Shown here: in pieces, positions 14,310 through 27,385 of the stretch
Numbering within the stretch: position 1 is the stretch's first letter
How the letters are laid out: every line of letters begins with the position of its first letter
NCBI GenBank assembly: GCA_013265495.1
Contig: MU058213.1
Location: forward strand, 4,402,001-4,466,000
Length of the DNA: 64,000 nucleotides
Reading direction: 5' to 3'
From: Vicugna vicugna
Lineage: Eukaryota
Notes under the pieces: generated by a model
Told to the model about the DNA's origin: nothing
Seen by the model: the letters and a program-made list of their open reading frames with translations, nothing else
Database searches by the model: none
Program-made: the position numbers and the translations under genes

Positions 14310-14640
14310 CCCTACCTCCAGGCCCACCATTCTGTTTTTTGTTTCTATGGATTTGACTACCCTAGGTACCTCATATAAGTGGAACCATACCATATTTGTC
14401 CTTTTGAGAGTGGCTTATTTCACTTAAAGTAATGGCCTCAGGTTGTAGCATGTGTAAGGATTTCCTTCCTTTTTAAAGGCTGAATAATTTTCTATTGTGT
14501 ATGTATGTGTGTGTGTGTTTTAAAATTTTTTAAAAATTCGTTCATCTGTTAGTGGACACTGGAGTTGCTTCTACATTTTTGCTATTGTAAATAATGATGC
14601 TGTGAACATGGGTGTACAAATATTTGAGACCCTGCCTTCA
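14310..14640 (-). mobile_element. L1MB-like 3'UTR fragment
   Basis: tctatggatttgactaccctaggtacctcatataagtggaaccataccatatttgtcc...gctgtgaacatgggtgtacaaata. Confidence 0.8.
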
Positions 14641-14972
14641 GGAGCAAGTTTACTTTTGCTTTTTGGCTGTGTAATATTTTAAAAAATCTTAACTGATAGA
14701 AAAATAAATTACAAATGGAAAGCATAATCTTTTTAAATAAAACTTTTCATGAAACTCTTTGCAATTTCATAAGTAATTTTATAGTAATGGATTTTGTAGG
14801 TTAATAGTAGTCTTTGTCTTAGATTAGATCTCGTAGGAATCCTATCTGCTGTTCTGCAGTGTTGATTGCAAAGGTAATGCTTGGAAAATAGCTCACAGGT
14901 AATTGGATACTGGAGAAATGGTAACAAAGTATTTTTTTATGTGATATTCCCCAAACTTGTAGAATCTTTCTT

Positions 14973-16660
14973 TGTTTTTTCGCTGTTCAAGGTTTATTTG
15001 GTGTTTTAGTTGGTATGACACTTGGATAGTTGGCTGTGTTATTTATGTAGTTTTCTTTTTATATTACATGGCAGTGTACACTATTCTGATACATATAGTA
15101 CATAAAATAAATTTTTTCTTTAGAACAGTTATGCACAAGACTTGCAATATTGGATTTATACATTGGATCCCAGGATGTGCTTAATTGGAGAAAAAAAAGT
15201 TGAACTAAGCATCTTGGCTAAAGAACCAGAAGTTATATAACACACAATAAACACACATCTTGTTTGAAGGGCAACTGCAGCATCTGCAACATTGGCAGTG
15301 GTGCCTCTTGAGAAAATGGAACTATTTTGCACCAACCAGTTCAGGTCGACACAAGATAAGTACCATCCAGGATCAGGATATAACTGCTGGGTTTTATGAA
15401 TCATTCTTATTTCTAACTGTAGGAAGTTGATGTTTTTCCTAGGCTGTCCTGACATTACTTCTTTAGTCACAGGTCAGATAAAAAGGACAATATGTGCAAC
15501 CTCCTACTAAAATCCTGTTGTAGCCTAGACAGTGAAGTAGTAAGATGGTATTAGAAGACTTTAAAACTGCAGCTCTTTCTGGATCCCCAAAAGTATATCT
15601 GTACTATTCTTCAAACAGGCCTCTTCTTTAGGAATCATAGTCACTTTCACAACATCTGAGATTCCATTCTGTCCCAAGATGCAAGGAACACTAAAGAAGA
15701 TGTCATCTTTTATTCTATAGAGACCTTTAATCATGGTGGAAATTGGATGCACCCACCTAACATTTTTCATTATACTTTCTGCCAAATCTACCACCCAGTC
15801 CACTGGCCCAAGATGTCTAGCCTTTCAGTTTGGTCACTTCATAAACACTGTCAACCACGTGTTTGTGAACCACTTTCCACTGTTCTTTATCTGCATCAGT
15901 GCCTAGTTCAGGGTGCAGATTCTTCAGGGACATTTACTCTACTCTATACAGACACACTAGAGTCTTTGTGCTCCCCAGGGACCCACCCATGACAGCTTAA
16001 TGGGGTGAACACTCCCAACCTTTCCCCCATCAGGTAGCAGAACTGGGCTGAATCTAGATTGTAACCACTTCCAATAACATGGTTTTGGGGAAAGCCATTC
16101 ATCTTCCCAGCCACATAGGTCAAGAAGATATCCACTGGATTGGAAACCACAAGCAACTTGCAGTTTGGGCTGTACATTACAATATTAGGAAGATGAATTT
16201 AAAGATGTTTACATTATGTTGGACCAAATTAAGATGGCTTTCTCCCTCTTGCTGATGTGCCACAGCTGTGATAATTACCAGCCTGAAGTTTGCAGTCACA
16301 TTATAGTCTTTGCCAGAGACCAGTTTTTGGTGTTCTAAGGAAAAGACTGCCATGTTGGAGATCCATCATCTCTCCCTTCAGTTTGTCTTCCATGACATCA
16401 GTGAGAGCAATTTCATCTGCTATGTCCTTCATTAAGATACTAATGGCACAAGGCATGCCAACAGCACAAACCCCAAGATTACAACTGTAATCTTACTCTG
16501 GGGGACATGTTCCTCCTTAAGAAGATGCTAAATCAGCTGATCCTTGGGAGTTGCCATATTGGACTTAGAACCAAAAGGAATCGGGAGTGCACGTCTGGCA
16601 GGAGGGCATCAGGGCGCCCAGCGTTGGATCCGGACTTGATGGCTGCTCCTCTGGTACTCC
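14973..16660 (-). pseudogene. LDHA: Full-length processed pseudogene of L-lactate dehydrogenase A (5'UTR, CDS remnant 16557-15561, 3'UTR, poly(A) remnant)
   Basis: ATG at 16557 reads [25 protein letters not shown]; later segments read [16 protein letters not shown] and DLAESIMKN...GIQKELQF* (TAA 15563-15561). Intronless. Premature TAGs at 16530-16528, 15946-15944 and 15819-15817, plus indels. AATAAA at 14998-14993, A-tail remnant at 14973-14980, TSD GAATCTTTCTT at 14962-14972 and 16661-16671. Confidence 0.96.
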
Positions 16661-17776
16661 GAATCTTTCTTAAATCTAGAATTTTAATAAGACTTCTCCA
16701 AGAATGAACAAAACACTGTGTTTTTTCAGATGTAATCTGTGTGTTTTCAAAGCTTTTGATTCATTTGAAGTTGTGCCTGGTGTGTTGTCTATAGTAGGTA
16801 CCCATCTTTTCTCTACACTGTTTTTGATAGAAAGTACAGATTCTTAAAAAGAATAAATTAGGGTTCTACCAACTGAACTAGTAATTAGTGTATTCTACTT
16901 TGGATACTGACTTTCTTTCCCTGCTTTTGTCACCTGTTCCTTCAGTTGGCAGTTCTGTCCCTGTGAAAGAGTCTTGGGAATTGTTGCTAGTTACTGAAGA
17001 ATTTGTAGTATTTGATTTATCATAGATCACTTCTCATTGAAATCACAGAGGACTTCCAGGAATTTTTTTTTTAAGGAAAAAAGGTTCTAAGCTTAACAGA
17101 ATGTTGTCTTTGTAACATCTAGAGTTTTCTCATGCGAGAATGAAACAAAAAAGTCAGCCATTTGTATTTCATCATAAAAAGAAACTCAGAGGGGTTGGGA
17201 AAGTATATCCAGTTAGAAGTCAAGGATGAATAAGTCTGGTCCTCAAAACAGAAAAGAGAGAAATGGATGGGTTGAGAGATCTCCAAGTTTTTCAACTTTT
17301 TCTGGGGATTGATTGGAAGGTGAAAATAATGGAGCCAGAGCTTCAGAAGGTATATTAAGGAACACAGTGAACTGTTTTTTTTGTTAGTGGTTACTAATCC
17401 TTCTCACTTTGAGTTTTCCTTTGCAGTTTTCCTATGAGTGAATCTACGCATTTAGAGTCAGATTTTAGAGGAGATTTTATAAGGATGAGTTGTCACATCA
17501 TTTTGTTTAGTTCTGATATAACTAACATTGATTTGATATGAGTTGATGCAGTTTAATTTAGTTTGATGTCTTCAGTTAAGAAGATCTCATCAGTAATCTG
17601 ATAGAAATAGTTTATTAACTTGAGCAGTTGTTTGACTTGCTTCATGTTCTAACCCTTCCTCACATATTTTCATAGAGGCAGTACTCAACTATAGAAAATT
17701 GGGCAGTTCATCTACTCTTAAGAGTAGCAATGGTGGGAGAAAGAGGTGGAGAGACCTAGGTTATGCCCTATTTTAA

Positions 17777-18100
<324 letters not shown>

Positions 18101-21100
18101 TGATTAAAACTGTAACGATAATTTGACAGAATAAGTACATTCATTCATATATGAATTCTGTTTCTTAAGAGAAGTGAAGATTAACTTACTTTTATATAAT
18201 AATATTCTACTATAGGGCTATAGTAGATTACCCAGTACCTTCACAGTAGGTTTAATTCTTTTCATTAACCATCATACTTTGGGAGTTTATTTTATCTCCT
18301 ACAATGAAGGAAAGGTGTTATTTCTACACCTTGACTACTTAACAGTACTCTTTATTAAAGTTGGAAGAGCTTTGAATGCCTAAGTATTCTCCAGATACAG
18401 ACATTTTTCTTCTTGTATTGTTTATTTGCTTTGAGAGCTTTCAGAGTACCAGCTTCCAGTCACCCCTTTCCTGTTCTTGCTACAGTTGTCATTTATATCA
18501 GGGATTCCTATAGCCCTATCTCTTGAAAGCATATCAAAACAGATATAATAGATGACATTTCTTGATTGGCAGTTAAGAGAAAATAGGACCAAACTAATAT
18601 TCTACCCCCTGAAAGGTTAAAAGGTTAGAGCCTTTTCAAGCAATAAACAAACAAAAAAATCCCCCAAAACTTTTTAAAATGCTACTGACAGGTTGATAAT
18701 TAGACCAAAGAATCAATAAAATTAAACACTGTGTGGTTCCAGACTCTGCAGTAAATTCGTGAGGTTAAGAGATACCTTTTCCAAAAGGTCATACTTTGAA
18801 TGAATAATGAACTACTTATTTCTCTCAGAATTAACCAAGAGAAAATAGACAAACAGAAACTTTATGGGCACTTAACTCTAGAAGCAAATTGTTTTAAGTG
18901 GAAGAAAACCTGAATAATACGATAGGAATTCATGGTCTTCCATGTGGATTACACTGTTTTGCATTGAAAAATGCTGAGTGAAAATATGTGTTAAAATATG
19001 TGGTTTTGCTATTATATTTGGCTGTAAATATGTTTAATTTATTTAAAATACTTCGAGGAAGATCTGGGATAGTCATATGGAATGCAAGAAACTATAGAGA
19101 GAGTTGTTAAAAATGGGTTTTAGTGTTTCCCTTTCTGGAATCAGTGCTGAGAAAGCTGGGTTGTTGTGTAAAGAGCACTGTCCTGGGTAACATGAGACTT
19201 AGATTTACTGTTGTCTCTACTATGAATTTGCTATTCAATCTTGGACATGATATTTTATATTGTAATTAGTTAAGCTGGTTGATGTCCAACTTTTCTTCCA
19301 CCTTTAAAAGTTTTTTTTTATTATTTTTCGAATAATGCTGTGAATAGGAAAGATAGGTTTCCTGTTTAGATTTTGAAGTAGGAATTTTATGTATTGGAGG
19401 ACACAATACTGTTTATTAATATTGGATTATTTTCTTTCAGAGCCTTGAGTTACTATGTGATAACATGTTATCTCTTAAAATGCATTAAATGGTGCCTCTG
19501 TACCTTATGTTTACTTCTCTTTCAAGTTTTCCATTTTTTTCTACTTGAGTAATGAATACGATTTTCAGAGAATAAATTGTAATAATATATTCAAACCTCT
19601 ACAAAGTTCATGATCCTGAAATTCAGTTTTCCTTTAGAGACAGACTTCAAAGCAAATCTTGCTTTTCTGTTTGTTGTTTGATCTATAAGTCAAAGATGAA
19701 TGCTGTGTTTTTACTTTTTTTTTTTGAGTGTATATTGTATAGACAGAAGAATTAGATTGATTTTATAGTTGTTTTTTATTATAAAAATCCAGATTAATCT
19801 CAAGGTATTCCCAGTCTACCATACAACAATATATATATTTATATCCCTATATATATTCATATATACATGTGTGTATGTATGTGTAAATGTACATTTTTTT
19901 TCCTGTCTGCTGAGCAATCAGAGCAGTGATTTCTTTCTTTTTTTGTTCCCATCAAAATCCTCTCTCCCACTAACTTTCCTCCTTCTGCCCCAGTCATAAT
20001 TTTGAGCTAGTTAAGATGTTATAATTTCATACCATTTATTTCTCCCCTGAACTCTTCTCACCAAGGAGAGGTATTTATGGTTATCTTTGAAGCTACCTTC
20101 AGCACTCTTTTATGAGAATATTATCAACTTTTTGAGTTTTATTACTAAAGAATTCACCATCTTGACCGTGTTTTTCCTAATCATAAGCATAGATGGATAT
20201 GATTTTGTTAATAAGAATCTCAGTTGGACAAAGTGCTTTATTCTCCTGAGTATTTTAACATGTTGAGTTTTTAAAATTTACAAATAAACGGTATTAGCTA
20301 AAAACCAGTTTTGACACTTTGTTACTAAAATTATTAACAAGTCACTTTAAACTTTAATGAAATTACAGATACCGTTATAGAAATTATGTGAATGAAATTT
20401 ATTTAGACTTTACCATACTTTATAAATAACACATTTCCATCACAGAAAATTACATCATTTAATAAATAATTTGATTTTACTTTATTAAAAAATTTTTTTT
20501 AACTTTTTATAGTGTGCGATCAAAGGTATTTTAAAACTTCAAAATGAATAGTTTGGTCAAGTTATAAAACATATGCTTTTAATTTAGATGAATTCAACTA
20601 TATGAGTTGCTATTCTCCCCATTCAAGACTATGAGGGAGAAAGAATAATTTTTTGCAGCACTATAAAACCATATTTGGCACATGAACTCTATTAATACTG
20701 TATTACTATACATTTTAGTGTACAGAGTTGCCTACACAAATCATGAAGGTTGAATTCATTATTTAATAACATTTTAAGTGCAGTTTTTGCTGTATGTACT
20801 TTTTTGCCTAATAATTCCTGACTTTAAATCTAATTCTAAGATTCCAGTTCACTCTAGTAGCCTTGATGCATAAGTGAGTTCCACTGGAACTGTATCATTA
20901 AGAGGCCACAAACTTCTTATCATTGAATTAATCACATACTATCCTTTCAGAAGTAAGAGAAGTCACTGTTGCAGAATTCTTGTCTGGTGTGTGTGCCTTG
21001 TCTTTCCCAAATCCACCAGAAAAATAGCCTCACTGTACAGTGGTTGGTTGAATTTCTGGTTATCAGAACTACTGACAGCACATCATTCAGTGCAGAGTTT

Positions 21101-21649
21101 TGGCTAAGCAGACACAAAAATAAACACTGTACCTAACAATGGATAGAGAAGAAATGGTAGACATAGTCAGCATTCTTAGGAAATGATGAAGATTAGATAA
21201 AATATGTTTGAGACCCTCAAAAACAAGTAACACAGTGTTTGTGGTGTGTACCTCAGGCCTCTCTACCTTTGTTAGAGACCTTGTTTCTGCACTTTTACTT
21301 ACAACCCACCTGTACAGAACAAACACAAACACACATAAACAGACAGAAGCATCATCATGATCCGAATAGTGCTTCTGTTTTCAGAAATTTGTGAAAGTGG
21401 TGATCAAAGTTTAAGCACCAGGGACTGAAAGGAGTGATTAATCTCAGATGATAGAGACATGGGCAGAGGTATAATTAATCAATGAGTTTGTCCCCTCCCT
21501 TCCTTTTTTAAATCCTTTCCTCCAAATAAATGTTTTCTGTATTTGAGATTTGTACCAGCATAAGGGCCAGAAAGTATCATGATTTTTCTTATTTTCTACA
21601 GTGTTAATGATTTATTCTAGTTTCCGATTTTTACCCCCTTCTTTGGGAG

Positions 21650-21910
21650 GCAGTGGTTATATGAGTACATACACTGGAGCCAGACTACCTGGGTGTGAAT
21701 TCCCGCTCTGCCACTTACTACATGTGTGATTCTGGACAAGTTATTTAAATTCACTGTACCTCAATTTACTCATCTGTGATTGGGAAAATAACAGTTGCTT
21801 TGTAAAGCTGTGAGAATTAAGTGAGATTTATGTACAGTGTGTAGTGCTTAGATCAGTACAGTGCTTACAGCAGTGTCTGGTACATAGTGAGTGTTACATA
21901 AGTGTTGGCC
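21650..21910 (+). mobile_element. MIR SINE
   Basis: ctggagccagactacctgggtgtgaattcccgctctgccacttact...cagtgtctggtacatagtgagtg. Confidence 0.85.
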
Positions 21911-22369
21911 TTAATCCCATGTATATCAAAACTTATCAGCCAGATCTATATGTAACAAATTTAAATGAATGAATACATTTGCAAATGTGCTACATTCAGT
22001 CATGCTTAATATACTTTTACTTCTTTTCGATTTGTAGAGGGCTTAAGATTGATTTCCTTTCCCCTTCAATTTTTGTTTCTTTCTTGAGAAAGCAGAAGTC
22101 ATCTGACAAACTTTGATGTAAAAATTTTAGTCTGTCTAGTGCAATGCTTTATATACAATGAATGTTCTATACATGGTTACTGAATATAATCAAATTAAGG
22201 AAGACTCATTAGATTTACTAGATTAATTATGCTTGGAAATTGAGGAGGGGAAAGAATCAAAGTTGTTTTAAGGTGGTGAAGCTTATAGTAGATGATGGTG
22301 GTATTAGTTAATGGTAATAGACCTTTTGTTCTGTGCTTTACAAATTATTGCCCTGATTGATGACACTGT

Positions 22370-22580
22370 TTAGTGAAGAATTTTATTAAGATCATAGCCT
22401 CTGAAAAGTTGCACTCTGTGTCTTTGGACAAGCTACATCACCTTTTTGTGCCTCAGATTTCTCACCTCTAAAGTTATAATAATTTTATACATACTTCTTA
22501 GGCTTTTGGTAAAGATGGAATATAATAATAGCTGTGAAGTATTTCATCTATTGATATAATGAATGAAATGTGCTATTAAT
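22370..22580 (+). mobile_element. MIR SINE fragment
   Basis: ctgtgtctttggacaagctacatcacctttttgtgcctcagatttctcacctctaaa. Confidence 0.65.
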
Positions 22581-23589
22581 TATTACCACCATTGTTATTT
22601 TCTCCAGACATCTAGTATTTCTTTATGTATTTTTGTGCTTATATTTCTTCATGTGTAAATTCTGTTTCAAAAATATTGTCTGATCATTTTAGTTTATGGA
22701 AATTCCAAGGGGCCGGGTCATCTTGGTTTTCCTGCCCTCTTAAACTCTGCTGCCCAGCTAAGCTCTGAGATAGGTAATAAACTCAAAAGTGATGAAATAC
22801 CACTGGAGTTTATACTCTAGGCTAGTAGTTATAAGAGGGCTCACAGGAAAAAGGAAAAGTCTTTTTGTTGATACACTTCCTTGAGATACAAAGTTCTGCA
22901 TTCCTTAATTTGAAAGGTAAATGAGTTCACTGATAGGCAACCACTAATAGAAGTTTATAGGCACCATCATTGGCCAGAAGTTACCATTTTTTAAAAATCC
23001 TGACCATTTTCAGGTTATGTATAATACATTGTGGTAGTTACTTTTGGAAAAGAAGCAAAATTCAGTTGAGTAGCGTTTAAGTGCTTATTTTTTCTAATTG
23101 CTAAATTTCCACTCTGGTTCTTTCTTCTCTTTATAATACAGTTTGCAGAATGAAACAGTCATGTCTCTGTTGTTGTTCCTTCTCTCCCCATTTTGTAATA
23201 TCATAGAACTTTCAAAACTAGAAGCTATGTTTGTTATTTACATCCAGTCCTTTTACTTCATAGATGGAGAAACTTAGAGAGTGTGAGATTTGGCTAGGTT
23301 GGGATGTGTGCTGTTGATACAAAATACATGTTGGGATTTGGCTAGACAGTTTGCCTAATTAATGACAGACTCCGGCCTAGAACTCACATATTCTGAATTC
23401 TGTGCTAGTACTTTTTAGCCCCCTTTCTTTAGTATTTCTCAGCTCAAAGAGCTGCCTTAAATTTTCTGCCATATTCTGAAGAAATGGGAGAAGAGAGAGG
23501 ACAAAAGTGAAAAAAGAGGAGGATCTGCAATTGATTTCCAAAGTGAAGATATTGGACATGATTTGATTTTAAAAAAAATTTGCCTTGCA

Positions 23590-23810
23590 AGTGTAGTGTT
23601 TAGTGAAGTAGAATAGCACAGAATTTAAGAGCTTGACTGTTGAAATCAAGCTGTCTCAGTTCTGTTTCTGGTTTCTGGCACTCCTGCTTCTTGGCTTTAT
23701 GACTATAGGCATGTTACTTCTCTTTGCCTCAAATTTTTTTCCTTTTCCTTTTTTCATTGGTAGGAGTCGGGTGGGTACTAATAATAACTACCTTACTAAA
23801 GTTCCGGACT
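23590..23810 (+). mobile_element. MIR SINE fragment
   Basis: ggctttatgactataggcatgttacttctctttgcctcaa; degraded MIR core. Confidence 0.5.
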
Positions 23811-26679
23811 TAAGCCTGTTAGTGGAGAAGGGGAAAACCAGTTATGTGGTGATGAGTTGGCTTTATTTGGTTTAGCTGTTGTGTATGACTCAGCACAAAA
23901 TAATGTCAGGAACTTTCTATTAAGGGATAGTTGATATGTTTTGAGGTCTTCACTTAATACATACTATGATGTATGCTACCTGTTGCAATGAAGGCATACA
24001 AGGGTTCAGTTTATTGAAAAAGAACCAGCAGTGGTCATTTCTCAGGTCAGTTGTCAGGAGTGCACATGGATGGCAGCCTGACAGAAGAGATCAGGAAGGT
24101 AATGAAAATACTAGGGTATAAGGATTCCGAAGTTGTTCTAGACTTCTAAGAGTCATACACAGAGCCACAGATTGGGTACGTGGGATAAAGGAAACGAAAA
24201 TAAATAAAAATTCAACTAGAGTAAACATAGATCTTTCAGATTCTGTGGAAACTAAAATGAGCCCATCAGCTTATCTGGATCAGTAATACTACTTTTCTAA
24301 CAACTTCTGGACCACTTCTGTCCGATGTGGCTAAAGGGATTTTTGATTTTGCTGAGTGCTCTCTGTGTCCTTGGCAATTATTCAATACCTTTTCATTCAT
24401 ATATATGTAAGAGCTCTTAAGAGCCATTCTGAAGTTTGACAGATAGCAAGCTGGAGGTGGCATAATAGAGCCTTAATTTCCCTCACATGCTATCTGTACA
24501 AAACACACAGAGGTCATTTTGACCCCAGGGTTATACTGGCTGAAGTTTTGAGAGAACCTAGTGTGTAGTTCATTTACATTTGACAGTAGAGACCTTGGGA
24601 ATATTTAGAGTAGAGACAACCTGTTGTTTTCTTCCCCTAGCAGAGCACAGTGGCATGAGAGCCACTCTTGTAAATAAGGATGACAGTGTTGTCTGCCTGT
24701 TTTTAAGGAGCTTGTGCTTACACTGTGGTCCTGTGGTCTTTTAACATGCTGAGATTCATAAATCCACTCAGTTTCTGAAATGTCAAAAGTGAATAAATGT
24801 GTATCATAGAGTTCAGGAAATAGGATTGAAAATATAATATTTAACTGAAGAGTTAAGTTATAAAACTAACTTTTAAAGCAGCAATGAGAAGTTATAATTA
24901 GGCAACAAGTAATTAACTACCAAAGTAATTTCATTGATTGCCATGAGATTACAGGAGAGGGAGAAATTACTTTGGATCAGAAAAGACTTAATAGAATAGG
25001 AAGTGTTTGAGTAGAATATTATAGGACAAACAGTTTGTACAAGTAAGGTTGAAAGGAAGACAACTTTCTGGAAATATATAATCATGGGATCACAAGTTAC
25101 AGAGGCACCAGAATTACAAAATTCAGTAAATAGTAAATTACCTTGCTTTGTGGGTGAATAGTGTATTAAGGCAGGTAACCTTCTGTGCAAGAAATATAGC
25201 CTGTCCTTTGGGGAATAGAGAGCCAATTAAAAATAGACTTTAACACAGGGAATGGCACAAAGGGTTTTATAAAGATCAATACATTGTGGTATGAAGGATG
25301 GATCCAAAGTGAAAGAGTGACAAGAAATTGGATGATCTGATAAGATGTTACTACACAGGCCCACCTGTGATGAAATAAGACTTAGGAGGACAGGATCAAG
25401 ATCGCAGTATTGGAAAGAGGAAAGTTGTTGCAAAGGAAGAAGAAACTGGCAAACTTGGTGACTGAGAAAGATATAAAATCATGTAGGCTCACTCCCCCTA
25501 GAGAATGATGACTCCCAAATTAAACTCCATGTATTTTTGTTTAGTCTTTGACAAGTTAGCTGTGGTTGTGTGATACAACTACCAGATTGTTTGATTTTGA
25601 TATCTAACTTCCCTTGTAAATGGGAAAATCTAGTTGCGTGAATAAAAAATAAATAAAATAATTTTTACTCATTCTCCCTCATATTCAGCATTGATGTGTA
25701 ATAAAGTTCTCTCCTTTAGAATAGCAGATATCTTCTCTAGATTGTTTACTGTTTGCTATTGGTTTTATTTTTGAAGGAGAAAATGGTGCAGGTTTTATAG
25801 CTACTAGGAGTTCAAATGCAATAAGTAGAAAGGACACACAAATTTTGAAATAGTATTTTATGCCTCTTGATCTCAGGTACAAAACACGAGATGAAGCAGT
25901 TAAATAGCAAAGCAAGACAGGAGGGACAGAGAATTAAAGTAAGTGTTTTCTATATATTGCATCTATGTTCCCATTAATCTCTGTTTTGTTATGTAACTGC
26001 TCATTCTGAATGTTTTGAATGTGACAAAACTATGGGTAATAAAAGGATGTATTTTAAAGTTAGGTTCAAATAAATCCGTGAGAGAAAGTGTTGTTTATTA
26101 CTCTTGGTCCTATTCAAAACAGCACCTACCTATAAATTGTAATCTTAATGTTCATGGATAATTAAAAATAGGGTTAAGATCATGTAAACTCCTTTAAATC
26201 TCTTGCCAGCAGATATTTAAAATGAAAGAAATCACAGAGCTATCGTATTGTCCACTTGTCCATTTTTACCAGTCAAACATCCTGTGTTTCAGTTTAGCCA
26301 TTCTTCCAGGGACAGTGCCTGTTGGGATGCTCTAACATAGATCTTATGCAAAGAGCCTGAATGTCAGTTTCTCACCTCACTGTGAGTTTCAGTTAACTCT
26401 GTATGTCTATGAAGTAACATCTTTATTACGGTTGATCTTTACAATTCTCTCTCTTTTTTTAAAAATTTTCTCAGTATTGAGTCTTTAAAGCTAACAAGTG
26501 GAAGTCAAAACGTACTCATCTTTGAATCTCTCTTATGACCCTTTATGTAATTATTGAAGACTTACTTTCTGATGGCTTTTTAATTATTTTCTATACATTT
26601 AGATGTTTCTTATTCATGAGAAAATAATGAAGGGTGGATTCTGGCAGAATACATTTTTAGGCCTGCTTAGCCTGTTTTC

Positions 26680-27240
26680 ATTAATAACAGTAATTACAAC
26701 CAGCATTTGTCACAATATGGTTTAAAACTTTTCACATGTTGCCTATTTTAAGCTTTATACCAGCTCACCAAGAAGCTATTTTAAAAATCCTGTCCATTTT
26801 AGAGGTAAGGAATTTGAATCTTAGAGAAGGTAGATAACTTACCAAATTTTATATGTCCAAGACTAGTAACCAGGAAGTATGATTATAAATTACTGTCCCT
26901 CTGTACCATATCACACTTGGTAAAGTTTAAAAATAGACCCCAAAACAATTGTTATTCCTACTTGTACAAGACTTTAAGGACAGATACTCTAGAAGTTATA
27001 AGATGATGATATTATCATTATTTCTGAAAAAATATTCATATTTTATACATAAAAAATATAAGACATGGAATGAATCAGATAAGTGCTTCCTGGTATCACC
27101 ACTATTTTTGACCTTGGAAAAGGTAAGATACTTAATTTCTTAGCCTCACATTTCTCATCTGCAAAGAGATTTATCTCATAAGAAGTGTGTAAGAATTTAA
27201 TTGAGGAAGTTCTATGGAGTATTTCACACACATCTGTAAT
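26680..27240. mobile_element. Two MIR fragments (antisense ~26680-26910, sense ~27060-27240)
   Basis: gtccattttagaggtaaggaatttgaatcttagagaagg, and tgaccttggaaaagg...gcctcacatttctcatctgcaaa. Confidence 0.6.
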
Positions 27241-27256
27241 TTATTAAGAAGTCTAA

Positions 27257-27385
27257 GGGGGGAGGATGTAGCTCAGTGGTAGAGTGTATGCTTAGCATGC
27301 ACAAAGTCCTGGGTTCAATCCCCAGGACCCCCCATCTACATAAATAAACAAACAAACCTAATTACCTCCCCCCCACCAAAAAAAA
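27257..27385 (+). mobile_element. tRNA-derived SINE of camelid type, with A-tail and TSD
   Basis: ggggaggatgTAGCTCAGTGGtagag (A box) ... ggGTTCAATCCcc (B box), tail taaataaacaaacaaacctaattacctcccccc + A-run. TSD aagtcta at 27249-27255 and 27386-27392; upstream TT/AAGA L1-endonuclease-type site. Confidence 0.88.

Noticed and set aside
15561..16177. LDH-like ORFs as a functional retrogene (e.g. LDHAL6-type)
   Set aside because: Stop at codon 10, further stops and frameshifts; no intact reading frame.
27257..27330. tRNA gene
   Set aside because: The tRNA-like head continues into a SINE tail, A-run and TSD, so it is a SINE.
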